A DNA stretch of 64,000 nucleotides from an uncultured Pseudomonadota bacterium (GTDB lineage: Bacteria; Oederibacteriota; Muellerivitia; Muellerivitales; Muellerivitaceae), in the NCBI GenBank assembly GCA_963770835.1, contig CAVYRH010000026.1, forward strand, positions 448,001 through 512,000. The letters are read 5' to 3'. Both the position numbers and the translations under genes were made by a program. Under the pieces are notes generated by a model. The model ran no database searches. It was not told where the DNA came from and was given only the letters and a program-made list of their open reading frames with translations. Below, one piece after another: positions 21,801 to 30,805 of the stretch. Every line of letters starts with the position of its first letter. The first letter of the stretch is position 1.

Positions 21801-22527
21801 TTCCACCGTCATTTCCACCCGAGACGACATGCTCAACGACCTGTTGGCCAAGGGAATGGACGAGGCCCTTGCCTTCAAGATCATGGAAGACGTCCGCAAG
21901 GGCAAGGGACTGAAACCCGAGTACGAACAGGCCATGGTGGCCGCCAAAGTGCCCCCCTGGTACATCGAAAGCTGTAAGAAGATCAAGTACATCTTCCCCA
22001 AGGCCCACGCGGTGGCTTATTGCATCATGAGTTTCCGTATCGCTTATTTTAAAGTGCACCACCCCCTCGCCTTTTACGCGGACTATTTCACCAACAAAGC
22101 CTTCGGCTTCGACGCCACGGTGGCCTGCGGCGGCCTGGGCCGGGTGAAGGACTGCATCAAGCTCATCAGGTCACTCGAGAAGCCCACCAACAAGGAATTG
22201 GACGAGGCCTCAGTTTTGGACGTGGTGGAGGAAGTCTACGCGCGGGGGTTCAAGTTCCTGCCGGTGGACCTTTACAAGTCCGACACCCGGCAGTTCCTGG
22301 TGGAAGAACAGGATGGGGAGAAAAAACTGCGTCCGCCCCTGATCGGATTGCCGGGCCTAGGCGAGACCGCCGCCGATGCTATTGTGGAAGAACGCAAAAA
22401 AGGGCCCTTTGGTTCAGTGGAAGACCTGCAGGACCAATGCGGGGTGAATAAAAACGTGGTGGAGATCCTCAAAACCCATGGTTGTCTCAAGGATGTCCCC
22501 GATTCCAAGCAAGTTTCGTTGTTTTAA
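18859..22527 (+). CDS. polC: DNA polymerase III alpha subunit, PolC type, lacking the embedded 3'-5' exonuclease domain
   Basis: N-terminal domain and OB fold precede the PHP domain (ELHCHTQMS.MDG, AITDHG); VGSRGSVGSS, PDIDLNFSGEYQ, TTGQHPGG, KLDILGHD and KIKYIFPKAHA motifs; C-terminal clamp motif QVSLF. Confidence 0.95.
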   Translation: MTPVESPSAAGTDQTSSPFYQLLQQIPLQCYEQERFLQSELLGVQVYPEKGILVLGIKMAAAVSPETYANVSRYLKESLPNVNRVVLDVHYAPGALNLSDYLAAHEKDLVFCLMEEADIAEGWFSHYRIEVKGSDLSLQVPHELARQQLERKQCEKILKDLLKNRWGNDPKVGLSINPEILPVVPVAEEKPADFNAAPKAPAAVIVFGRKIAEEPQSMDVKDECNGFVAQGEIISFEQIQTRSGRFLIKITITDYTDSLDVRLFLEGDKKLSVPLKERDWVRVRGDLRPDKYSHDELTLSAKDIMKIPPPESRKDTAAEKRVELHCHTQMSRMDGLSKIDRLIERAANWGHSAIAITDHGVVQAYPEARAAAKKNGIKLILGMEGYLVDEFKREKGMSIYHIILLVKNRVGLKNLYQMVSESHLKYFYKRPLIPKALLQEHREGIIVGSACEQGEVWQHLLHKGRPLEEVAQFYDYIEIQPCANNEFMIGDGVVKDMDELQRLTRLLYDTGKKLGKPVVATGDSHFIDPQDDVYRKILHAGMGYGVERQAPLYFKTTDELKSDFSYFGEEIAHELVVKNPKIISEMVEDVEPLPTQTLSPMWEGADELLRETATQKAHELYGNPLPDFIEKRLQKELGAIINNKFSTLYVIAMKLVKKSLSDGYIVGSRGSVGSSFVAFLCGITEVNPLMPHWRCKEGNWFEFPPKPSSMAGVDLPEKNCPKCGKDAVRDGFSIAFEVFMGFKGDKMPDIDLNFSGEYQHIAHKYVEELFGKDHCFRAGTISAVQDRIAFGFVKKFVEEAGRNPRNAELNRLVKGCSGVSKTTGQHPGGIVILPKEMEITDVCPVQYPADNKDGDVITTHFDYNSMHDCLVKLDILGHDNPTSLKRLEEMTGVSAIGIPLNDPETMSLFSSTKALKLKEKTDKDLGTLGVPEFGTNFAMDMLRDTKPTKFEHLGRLSGLAHGTDVWLGNAQDLIKKGTANLSTVISTRDDMLNDLLAKGMDEALAFKIMEDVRKGKGLKPEYEQAMVAAKVPPWYIESCKKIKYIFPKAHAVAYCIMSFRIAYFKVHHPLAFYADYFTNKAFGFDATVACGGLGRVKDCIKLIRSLEKPTNKELDEASVLDVVEEVYARGFKFLPVDLYKSDTRQFLVEEQDGEKKLRPPLIGLPGLGETAADAIVEERKKGPFGSVEDLQDQCGVNKNVVEILKTHGCLKDVPDSKQVSLF

Positions 22528-22579
22528 TCCTTGCTCTTGAATAAATCCTTTATTTGCGGCCTTTTTTCGGGGCCGCCCC

Positions 22580-22608
22580 TTGCCAAACCAAACCCTTTCT
22601 GATATAAA
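22580..22608 (+). promoter_or_regulatory. Sigma70 promoter for the rimP-nusA-infB operon
   Basis: TTGCCA-N17-TATAAA with TG extended -10. Confidence 0.6.
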
Positions 22609-22632
22609 AATATCGCAATTTAAGGTTGTCCC

Positions 22633-22666
22633 AAAAAGTGGGCCCTTTCCGGCCTGCTTTTTTTTT
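22633..22666 (+). promoter_or_regulatory. rimP leader terminator/attenuator hairpin
   Basis: AAAAGTGGGCC-CTTTCC-GGCCTGCTTTT plus T run between promoter and rimP; resembles the AGUGGG-containing rimP leader. Confidence 0.65.
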
Positions 22667-22752
22667 CGTATCTTTTTTGCCGGTAGCGCTGGACATGGTT
22701 TGATGTACCTTCGACGGCCGAAAGGCCGTTTGTTGTTTATGGAGCAAAGGAA

Positions 22753-23226
22753 ATGGGACTCCTGGATGAAACGAAAAGCGCCCAACTTCGGGGTTTAGCC
22801 GAGGGGGCGGCCAAGGACAACTTCCTGGAGCTTTTTGACTTTAAGCTCAGGCCCCAGGGTAAAAAGCTTGTTTTAACCGTGGTTTTGGACAGGAAAAGCG
22901 GTCCGGTGAGCGTTGATGATTGCACGGTGGTCAGCCGGGACCTGGAAAAAAAGCTGGATGCAATGGACCTCATTGAGGCGTCCTACATCCTGGAAGTATC
23001 CTCACCGGGCTTGGACCGCCCCTTGCGGAATCTTGAGGACTGCCAAAGGTTCAAGGGTCGCAAGGCCCTCATGATCTTAAACGAGCCCCGGGAAGGCCAG
23101 GTGAGCCTGGAGGGCCGGCTGGGCGAAGTGAGCGAAGGGAAAGTGGAAGTCTTGATGGGCAAGGAGCGGGTCCTTTGGGTCCCCTTTACGGCGGTTAAAA
23201 GCGCCCGGTTGGTGGTTGAAATTTAA
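22753..23226 (+). CDS. rimP: Ribosome maturation factor RimP
   Basis: VSVDDC and YILEVSSPGLDRPL motifs; upstream of nusA. Confidence 0.95.
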   Translation: MGLLDETKSAQLRGLAEGAAKDNFLELFDFKLRPQGKKLVLTVVLDRKSGPVSVDDCTVVSRDLEKKLDAMDLIEASYILEVSSPGLDRPLRNLEDCQRFKGRKALMILNEPREGQVSLEGRLGEVSEGKVEVLMGKERVLWVPFTAVKSARLVVEI

Positions 23227-23230
23227 ACTT

Positions 23231-23297
23231 AATTAGCAATTAGGAATTAGAAGTCAGGAATTAAAATTTCCTCATTCCTCATTCTTAATTCCTAAAT
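23231..23297. repeat. 7-mer tandem inverted-repeat element (AATTAGG/TTCCTCA)
   Basis: AATTAGC AATTAGG AATTAGA AGTCAGG AATT ... TTCCTCA TTCCTCA TTCTTAA TTCCTAA. Confidence 0.65.
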
Positions 23298-23313
23298 CGA
23301 GCGGAGCGAGTGA

Positions 23314-24645
23314 ATGAGCAACGAATTAGCCCTGGTGATGAGCCAGCTGGAACATACCAAGCGCATCGACAAGAAGAAGCTCGTCGAGGCGATCCAAGCC
23401 GCCTTGTCCTCCGCCGCAAAGAAAATCTACGGAGCGTCCCAGGAAGTCGACGTGGAGTTCGATGAACTCAACTACGAATTCAAGGCCTTCTATCTCAAGG
23501 AAGTCGTGGAGGAAGTCACTGACTCCAATACTCAATTCACCCTGGCCGAAGCCCGCAAGTTGGACGGTGCGGCGGAAGTCGGCGGCGTCATCAAGGTGCG
23601 CATTCCCGCCGAGCAGTTCGGACGCATCGCGGCCCAGACCGCTAAGCAAGTCATCGTGCAGCGCGTGCAGGACGCCGAGCGCCAGAGCGTTTACGACCAG
23701 TTTAAGGAGAAAGAGGGCGACCTCATCACCGGAAGCGTCCTAAGATACGAGGGACGCAACGTCATCATTTCCCTGGGCGACACCGAAGCCCTCATGCCTG
23801 CCAAGGAACAAGTGCCCCGGGAACGTTATTCCACAGGGGAACGCATGAAGTTCCTGGTGCTGGAGGTGCGCAAGACCCTGAAAGGGCCCGCCATCATCGT
23901 CAGCCGCGCCCATCCCAACCTGGTGCGCAAATTGTTCGAATTGGAAGTCCCCGAGATTTACGAGGGCTCGGTCAAGATCGAAAGCGTGGCCCGGGAACCG
24001 GGCGCCCGCACCAAGATTTCCGTGCGCGCCATGGGCGACGACCGCATCGACGCCGTTGGCGCCTGCGTGGGGGTCAAGGGCATCCGCGTGCAGAACATCG
24101 TGGACGAGATCCGCGGCGAAAAAGTGGACATCGTGCGCTGGGACGAGGAACCCCACAACTACCTCTCCAACTCCCTGTCGCCGGCCAAGATCGCCCGCAT
24201 CGTCTTCCACCCCGAAATCCAATCGGCGGAAGTGATCGTGCCCAATGACCAACTGTCGCTAGCCATCGGCAAGAAAGGCCAGAACGCCCGCCTGGCGGCG
24301 CGGCTGACCGGCATCAAGATCGACATCAAGAACGAGGAACAACACACCCTGGAGGAAAGGGCCCGCATGGACGCCCACTTCCAGGAAGTTTCTCAGGAAA
24401 CGCCGGAAGGGCTCGCCCAGGCCGAAATTGCGGCCCCCTCAGCGGGGGCAGCGACCCAAACGGAAGAAGAAAAGAAAGCTGCCCCGCCGGATGAAATCGA
24501 TGAAGGAGCGGTCAAGGGTGAAGCGATCCCTGAGACCCCCGAGTTGAAGAAGGACGCGGAAGGCATTCCCGACATTCCCCCCTCGCCGGTGGTTCCGGAA
24601 GGGTCCGCGAAAGCCGCGGAAGGGGAGGGGACGGACACCCCATGA
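23314..24645 (+). CDS. nusA: Transcription factor NusA with acidic low-complexity C-terminal tail
   Basis: [30 protein letters not shown] and [14 protein letters not shown] motifs. Confidence 0.97.
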   Translation: MSNELALVMSQLEHTKRIDKKKLVEAIQAALSSAAKKIYGASQEVDVEFDELNYEFKAFYLKEVVEEVTDSNTQFTLAEARKLDGAAEVGGVIKVRIPAEQFGRIAAQTAKQVIVQRVQDAERQSVYDQFKEKEGDLITGSVLRYEGRNVIISLGDTEALMPAKEQVPRERYSTGERMKFLVLEVRKTLKGPAIIVSRAHPNLVRKLFELEVPEIYEGSVKIESVAREPGARTKISVRAMGDDRIDAVGACVGVKGIRVQNIVDEIRGEKVDIVRWDEEPHNYLSNSLSPAKIARIVFHPEIQSAEVIVPNDQLSLAIGKKGQNARLAARLTGIKIDIKNEEQHTLEERARMDAHFQEVSQETPEGLAQAEIAAPSAGAATQTEEEKKAAPPDEIDEGAVKGEAIPETPELKKDAEGIPDIPPSPVVPEGSAKAAEGEGTDTP

Positions 24646-26931
24646 GCAAGCGCCTTTTTGAATTCGCCAAGGAACTCGGACTCCCCAGCAAAGACGTTTT
24701 GGAGCGTTGCAAAAAGCTGGGCCACAACATTCCCAGCCAGCTGACGGTGGTGGATGAGAAGATCCAGTCCGACGTCCGCCGCGACCTGGGACTGGCCGAC
24801 CTCCATTCAACCTCCGCCGCCGCTCCCCCGGCCCCGGCCGCCACCGTTACCACCGCAGCCCGCCCGGCCCCGGTACCATCGGCTTCCCCCTCCGCCACCG
24901 CGGCCAGGACCATGGTCAAGCCCGCCACGGGCCTGTCCGGGCCCATGGCCACTTATCCGACTCTCAAACCCAGCTCGAAGCCCTCAAACCTTAAGACGAC
25001 CACCGTCCCCCGCCGGTCGGGTCCATCGGTCAAACCCACGTCCATTAAGGGCGGGGGCCATGGCTTGGCGGCCGGACGCCCCAAGAACGTCGCCACCCTA
25101 GTGAAGGAGTCGACGGAGGAAAAACCGAAGACCGAGGAACTGAACGCGGATGGAACGCCCGTAACCCCCAAGGTCCTCACCCAAATCAAGGTCACCGAGG
25201 GTATCACGGTGGCCGAGCTGGCCCAAAAGCTCAACCTGAAGGCCGGAGTCCTCATCAAGGAACTGCTCGACCTGAAGATCCTCGCCACCATCAACCAGAG
25301 GCTGGACCTGACAGTGGCCGAAACCCTGGCTTCGGCCCACGACGCCGAAGTGGAGGTGGTACCCCTTTACGGCGCGGAAATGTTCCAGGATACGCCCGAC
25401 GACCCCAAAGACCTGAAACCCCGGTCCCCGGTGGTCACCATCATGGGACACGTGGACCACGGTAAAACCCTGCTTTTGGACGCCATCCGGAAGACCAAGG
25501 TGGCCGAAGGCGAGGCCGGCGGCATCACCCAGCACATCGGCGCCTACCAGGTGAGGCAGGAAAAGGGCTCCATCACCTTCCTGGATACGCCGGGCCACGA
25601 GGCCTTCACCCTCATGCGAGCCCGCGGCGCCAAGGCCACGGATATCGTGGTGCTGGTGGTGGCCGCCGACGACGGCGTCATGCCCCAAACCCTGGAAGCC
25701 ATCGACCACGCCAAGGAAGCCAAGGTCCCCATCATCGTGGCCCTCAACAAGATCGACAAACCCGAGGCCAACCCCGACCGCGTAAAGACCCAGCTGGCCG
25801 AGCGGGGCCTGGTTCCCGAGGCCTGGGGTGGAACCACCATTTACGTGGAGGTCTCGGCCAAGAAGCGCCTGAACCTGGACAAGCTTTTGGAAATGATCCT
25901 CCTGCAGGCGGAAGTTTTGGAACTCAAGGCCAACCCCGACCGCGCACCCAAAGGCGTGGTGCTGGAAGCCCGGCTGGACAAGGGCCGCGGGCCGGTGGCC
26001 ACCTTCCTGGTGGAAAAGGGAACCCTCAAGGTCGGGGATAACATCATCGCGGGCAGCACCTACGGCCGCGTGAAGGCGCTCCAGGACGACCTGGCCAAGC
26101 CGGTGAAATCGGCCGGACCCGCCACCCCCGTGGAAGTCCTGGGCCTCTCCGACGTGCCCCAGGCCGGTGACGTGTTTTACGGCGTGGAAGACCCCAAGGT
26201 GGCCCGCGAAATCGCCAGCCGCCGCAGCGAGGCCCTCAAGGACAACCGCTTGGTGGGCGCCATGAAGCACATCACCCTGGACAACCTCTTCGACCAGATC
26301 AAGGAAGGGCAGATCAAGGAACTCAAGGTCATCGTCAAGGCCGACGTGCAGGGGTCCGTGGAAGCCCTCGCCCAGTCGCTGGAAAAGCTTTCCACTGAAA
26401 AGGTGATCCTCAAGGTCATCCACAGCGGCGCGGGCAATATCGTCAATTCGGACATCCTGCTGGCCTCCGCCTCCAACGCCATCGTGGTGGGCTTCAACGT
26501 CAAGGCGGACTCCAACGCCAAGGCCACCGCCGAGAAGGAAGACGTGGACGTCCGGGTTTACAAGATCATCTACGACGCGGTGGAGGATGTTCGCAAGGCC
26601 ATGGAAGGGCTTGCTCGAGCCCACCTACCGCCAGGTTTCCATCGGCCGCGCGGAAGTGCGCCAGCTGTTCAATACGCCCAAGGGCACCATCGCGGGCTCC
26701 ATGGTGATGAGCGGTAAAATCACCAGCAAGGCCAAGGTGAAGGTCCTGCGCGGGGAAGAAATCGTTTACGAGGGGGCCCTGACTTCCCTCAGGCGCTTCA
26801 AGGATGACGTTAAGGAAGTGAACAACGGGTTCGAGTGCGGGATCGGCATCGAGGGGTTCGATGAAATCCAGGTGGGGGACCAGCTGGAGGCCTATATCCT
26901 GGAGGCGGTCGCGCAGAAACTCGAAGACTAA
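24642..26931 (+). CDS. infB: Translation initiation factor IF-2, with an apparent +1 frameshift at ~26607-26609
   Basis: [29 protein letters not shown] and KADVQGS motifs; the C2 domain ([18 protein letters not shown]) is in another frame. Removing one G gives ...AMEGLLEPTY... Confidence 0.95.
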
Positions 26932-26937
26932 TAAAAG

Positions 26938-27037
26938 CAGTTTTGAGTTCTTAGTTTTTAGTTCTGAGTTGATGAATGTTTTCAATTTGACCTCCAAATT
27001 GAAAACCTCCGTCACTCAAAACTTAAAATTCAAAACT
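26938..27037. repeat. 7-mer tandem inverted-repeat element (TTTTGAG/ACTCAAA), copy 1
   Basis: TTTTGAG TTCTTAG TTTTTAG TTCTGAG ... ACTCAAA ACTTAAA ATTCAAA ACT with an internal hairpin. Confidence 0.75.
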
Positions 27038-27045
27038 GAGAACCG

Positions 27046-27336
27046 GTGTTTGAAGTGGTCATTGGCCTTTTGCGGGTGGAAGTCCATTATCCCGAAAGCG
27101 GTTCCCTCAAGACCAAACGCTTCACCTTGAAAAGCGTCACGGACCGGCTGAAGCGGAAGTTCAACGTCTCCGTGGCCGAAGTGGAATACCAAGACCTCTG
27201 GCAGAGGTCGGTCCTGGCCCTCGTGACGGTCAACACGGACCGAAAACACGCCGATTCCACCCTTTCCAAGGCACTGGATCTCCTGGAGAGCGAGGGGGAC
27301 TTGCAAGTGACCGGCATCCAGACCGAATATCTTTAA
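27046..27336 (+). CDS. DUF503 (YlxP-like) protein
   Basis: SLK.KR, FNVSVAEV and QDLWQR motifs; between infB and rbfA. Confidence 0.88.
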   Translation: MFEVVIGLLRVEVHYPESGSLKTKRFTLKSVTDRLKRKFNVSVAEVEYQDLWQRSVLALVTVNTDRKHADSTLSKALDLLESEGDLQVTGIQTEYL

Positions 27337-27340
27337 AGGC

Positions 27341-27449
27341 AGTTTTTAGTTTTGAGTCCTTAGTTTTGAGTTGAGGTCGTTTCCCGTTCGGGAATTCCAA
27401 ATGGGAAACATTCATAAACTCAAAACTCAACACTTCGAACTTAAAACTA
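27341..27449. repeat. 7-mer tandem inverted-repeat element, copy 2
   Basis: TTTTTAG TTTTGAG TCCTTAG TTTTGAG ... ACTCAAA ACTCAAC ACTTCGA ACTTAAA ACT. Confidence 0.75.
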
Positions 27450-27502
27450 ACAACGTTCTTAAGGTCGATAGCGGCAACAGTGACAGGCCAAGAGAGGAAA
27501 AG

Positions 27503-27871
27503 ATGGGTTTCAAACGGGCGGACAGGGTTTCGGAAGCCATTAAACGGGAAGTGAGCGTCATGCTGGTCCAGGAAGTGAAGGACCCGGGAATCCACTTCAC
27601 CACCGTCACGGCGGTGGAAACCGCCGATAATTTGCGCCACGCCAAGATATTTGTATCCATTTTAGGCGACGAAAAAACTCGGCAAGAATCCTTGGATGGA
27701 TTGGAAAGGGCCAAGGGTTTTTTAAGGAGTGAATTAGGACGCCGTCTTCAGCTACGATATGCCCCTGAGATCCAGTTCCAGCTGGACAAGTCCCTCGACC
27801 ACGCCATGAAGATTAAGGGCCTCCTGAACCAGATAAAATCCACCGAGGAAAAAAAAGACGATGAAGCTTAA
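27503..27871 (+). CDS. rbfA: Ribosome-binding factor A
   Basis: KRADRV, VKDP, AKGFLRSEL and LRYAPEIQF.LD.S motifs; ATG at 27503 follows GAGG. Confidence 0.95.
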   Translation: MGFKRADRVSEAIKREVSVMLVQEVKDPGIHFTTVTAVETADNLRHAKIFVSILGDEKTRQESLDGLERAKGFLRSELGRRLQLRYAPEIQFQLDKSLDHAMKIKGLLNQIKSTEEKKDDEA

Positions 27872-28865
27872 GACGAAAAAAGCCGTGAAAGTATCCGCCA
27901 AGCACAAAGCGGACCCTTTTAAAGAAGTGGTCCGGCTCATCAAATCCCACCAATCCTTTTTAATCACCACCCATGTGACGCCCGATGGCGACGGCTTGGG
28001 GGCCGAATCCGCCCTGTTCCTCGCCCTTCGCAAGCTGGGCAAAAAAGTGCAGGTCGTCAACCACGACCCCATGCCCCATCGCTTCGGGTACCTCACCTTC
28101 GCGCCCCATTACCGGGCCAGCGATAACATCCCCCCCCATGAGGTTTGTTTCGTCCTGGACGCGGGGGATTTCAGCCGCATCCGGGAAGGCGTCAAGCGCG
28201 AGGAATTCGGGACGCTGGTCAACATCGACCACCATTATTCCAATGACCATTACGGGGATTACAACCTGGTGATGCCGGAAGCCGCCGCCACCGGGGAGGT
28301 GGTCTACCGCCTCATCCGGGCCCTCAAGGTGAAGGTGGACAAGGGCATCGCGGAGGGCGTTTACACCTCCATCGTGACCGATACCGGAAGGTTCCGCTAT
28401 GCCAACACGACCCCCCGGATCTTCCGGCTAGCCGCCGAACTGGAGGAGGCGGGCGCGGATATTTCCCGCATCAGCGAGCATATTTTCGGCGATACCAGCC
28501 GGGAAGCCATGGAGCTGAACCGCCTTGCCCTGGCCACCATCCAGGTCTCGGACAACGGCTCCATCGGCTCCATGACCCTCACGCGGGGCGACTTCCTCAA
28601 ATCCGGCGCCTCGGACGACGACACGGAAAATCTCATCAACGTAGTGCGCAACCTGGACACGGTCAAGATCGCCATCTTCCTGAAGGAAAGACCCGACGGG
28701 CAGATCAAGCTTTCCTTGAGGTCCAAGAACGGCGTCAACGTGGCCGAAGTCGCCAAACTCTTCCACGGCGGCGGCCACGCCTACGCATCCGGGGCCGTCC
28801 TATCGGGACCCCTCGAAAAAGCCCTCCAGGAAGTGCTGAAAGCCTGCCAAGCCGCCCTCCGATAG
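27861..28865 (+). CDS. nrnA: DHH/DHHA1 phosphoesterase (NrnA-like oligoribonuclease/pAp phosphatase)
   Basis: HVTPDGD, NIDHH, TDTG.F, SLRSK and GGGH motifs. Confidence 0.9.
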   Translation: MKLKTKKAVKVSAKHKADPFKEVVRLIKSHQSFLITTHVTPDGDGLGAESALFLALRKLGKKVQVVNHDPMPHRFGYLTFAPHYRASDNIPPHEVCFVLDAGDFSRIREGVKREEFGTLVNIDHHYSNDHYGDYNLVMPEAAATGEVVYRLIRALKVKVDKGIAEGVYTSIVTDTGRFRYANTTPRIFRLAAELEEAGADISRISEHIFGDTSREAMELNRLALATIQVSDNGSIGSMTLTRGDFLKSGASDDDTENLINVVRNLDTVKIAIFLKERPDGQIKLSLRSKNGVNVAEVAKLFHGGGHAYASGAVLSGPLEKALQEVLKACQAALR

Positions 28866-28977
28866 AACCCAAAAACCAATTTTGAATTGTGGACGTTTTC
28901 ACGCAGTCAAAACAACTGTTCATTTTTAACTGCGAAGGTCAAATCCCCTGGACCGCGGGTAGTTAGTCAGTTTAGAT

Positions 28978-29371
28978 GTCATTCCGAGCTTTGACCTGCG
29001 AAAAGGCAGGTAATGCGGCGCAGGAACGCCCCCTCATCCCAACCTTCTCCCTCCAGGGGAGAAGGGAGCTAGTCACCCTCGCCCCTTGAGGGAGAGGGAC
29101 GGGGTGAGGGGTGCCGTTGTTCCTTAGAAGGAGCAAAGCCGATAGGCTTGAATTGCGACGTACCCCGATATCCATTGAATCTTTATGGTAATCGGGGTAA
29201 TACCGACCTCCTTGAAAGCTTTATGGATGGTCGGCATAGGAATCCTAGGTTTTTGCCGGATTTGACTGAGATTGCCCGTTGGCCTTTCTCGGGCCAAGGG
29301 TGGTTGGCCAGAGGCCAACTACGACAAGCCTGGCCCAAATCGCTCCGATTGGAGCTGGGCCTCGCAATGAC
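28978..29371. repeat. Composite nested REP/MITE-like region
   Basis: Outer GTCATTCCGAG (28978) / CTCGCAATGAC (29361); inner CCCTCATCCCAACCTTCTCCC..GGGAGAAGGG and its inverted partner (29030-29111); 106-nt block 29266-29371 repeated at 39333-39438. Confidence 0.7.
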
Positions 29372-29394
29372 GACTCTTCATTCAAACGAACCCA

Positions 29395-30765
29395 TCACCG
29401 AACCGCGGGGAATAAAAGGGTGACGGTTGTTCCCTTGGAGGGTTCACTCCTAATTTCCACGGTCCCCGCATGCAGGTCCATGATGCTTTTCACGATGGAA
29501 AGCCCCAGTCCGGCCCCACCCGAAGAGGGGGTGCGGGAGCCATCCACCCGGTAAAAACGTTGGAATACCCGGGAAACCTGGTCCGGGGGTATTCCCTTTC
29601 CCGTGTCGGAAACTTCCACGCGGACATTTCCACCGCCGTCGGTCGTTTTTAAGAGGACCGTTCCGCCGGCGGGAGTGTATTTCAAGGCGTTTTCGACCAG
29701 GTTCCCCACCGCTCGCTGGAACAAGGAACGGTCCAAGTCCGCCCGCAAACCTTCCGGGGCTTCCACCCGCAAAGCGATGCCCGATTCCCCCGCCGACAGG
29801 CCGTAAAAATCCTGGAGGAGCCCCAGTTCCTTTTTTAAATCCAACTCCTCCCGCTGGATTTGGGTTTGGGGATTCTCCGCCCGCGCGAGAAAAAGGAGCC
29901 GGTCAATCAGGTTGGAAAGCCGATGGTATTCCTCCAGGAAGGAACCCAGGAGGTCCTGGTATTCGCCGGTTTTGCGAGCCTTGCTTAAAGCCACTTCCGC
30001 CTCCCCGCGGAGGTTCTGGAGCGGGGTCCGCAGTTCGTGCGCGATGTCGGAACTGAAACGGGAAAGCCGGGTGAAGGAATCCTCCAAGCGGTCCAGCATC
30101 CCATTGAAAGTCGCGGCCAGGTCGGAAAGCTCGGAGGGAAGGCCCGACCGTTCCAGGCGCTCATCCAGGGTACTGGGACTGATCCGGGCCGCGGTTTCCG
30201 CCATTTTCCTCACGGGCCGGATGCCCCGGTGGGCGATCCAGTAACCCGCCAGGGCGCAAGCCAGGAGGGAAAAGCCCAGCGCGAGAAAAAGCTTCGCCCG
30301 GAATTTTTCCAGGATCGACTTGTCCGAACTCATGTCAATGGCCATCTGAATTGTCACGTCAGGGGGGCTATGCCCCAGCCAAAGGCCTTGGGTTGAGGAG
30401 ACCCGGAAGGGATGGCCTTCTTCGGATCGGACGGTTGAATTCCAGCCGTTCGGGGGCCCCTTTTTGAAAAACTCTAAGGGCAAGGATCGCGACATCCCGG
30501 GAGTCTCGGTGAGTAGTCGGCCCTGGCCATCCACTATCCTTGTCCAAAAGGAGGTGTTCCGGTACCACACCGGCAGTTCACCCACGAATTCCTGGAGGTC
30601 ATTCAGGTCGACCGTTGGATCCTTCAACCTGATGGTTAAATTTTCAAGTTTTTGGGAAAGCTGGACGTCATCCTCGTGGTCGAGACTTTCGGAAAGGGCG
30701 CGGTAGAGGAATCCCGAGGCCGTCAAGACCAGCGCGAAGGCCGAAAGGCCGTACCAGAGGGTCAT
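29395..30765 (-). CDS. Heavy-metal sensor histidine kinase (CusS/CzcS-like)
   Basis: Two TM segments, HAMP domain, FSSDIAHELRTP H-box, NLVENALKY, DTGKGI and GAGLGLSIV motifs. Confidence 0.9.
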   Translation of the reverse strand: MTLWYGLSAFALVLTASGFLYRALSESLDHEDDVQLSQKLENLTIRLKDPTVDLNDLQEFVGELPVWYRNTSFWTRIVDGQGRLLTETPGMSRSLPLEFFKKGPPNGWNSTVRSEEGHPFRVSSTQGLWLGHSPPDVTIQMAIDMSSDKSILEKFRAKLFLALGFSLLACALAGYWIAHRGIRPVRKMAETAARISPSTLDERLERSGLPSELSDLAATFNGMLDRLEDSFTRLSRFSSDIAHELRTPLQNLRGEAEVALSKARKTGEYQDLLGSFLEEYHRLSNLIDRLLFLARAENPQTQIQREELDLKKELGLLQDFYGLSAGESGIALRVEAPEGLRADLDRSLFQRAVGNLVENALKYTPAGGTVLLKTTDGGGNVRVEVSDTGKGIPPDQVSRVFQRFYRVDGSRTPSSGGAGLGLSIVKSIMDLHAGTVEIRSEPSKGTTVTLLFPAVR

Positions 30766-30805
30766 GCGGGCGGCCAGGGAACCGGGCCGCCAAATCCCTT
30801 CTTTT

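Noticed and set aside
26587..26931. Separate 114-aa gene after infB
   Set aside because: It is the IF-2 C-terminal domain displaced by a frameshift.
28866..29394. tRNA or att site at the accessory block boundary
   Set aside because: No cloverleaf or T-loop motif found, and no integrase or transposase in the block.
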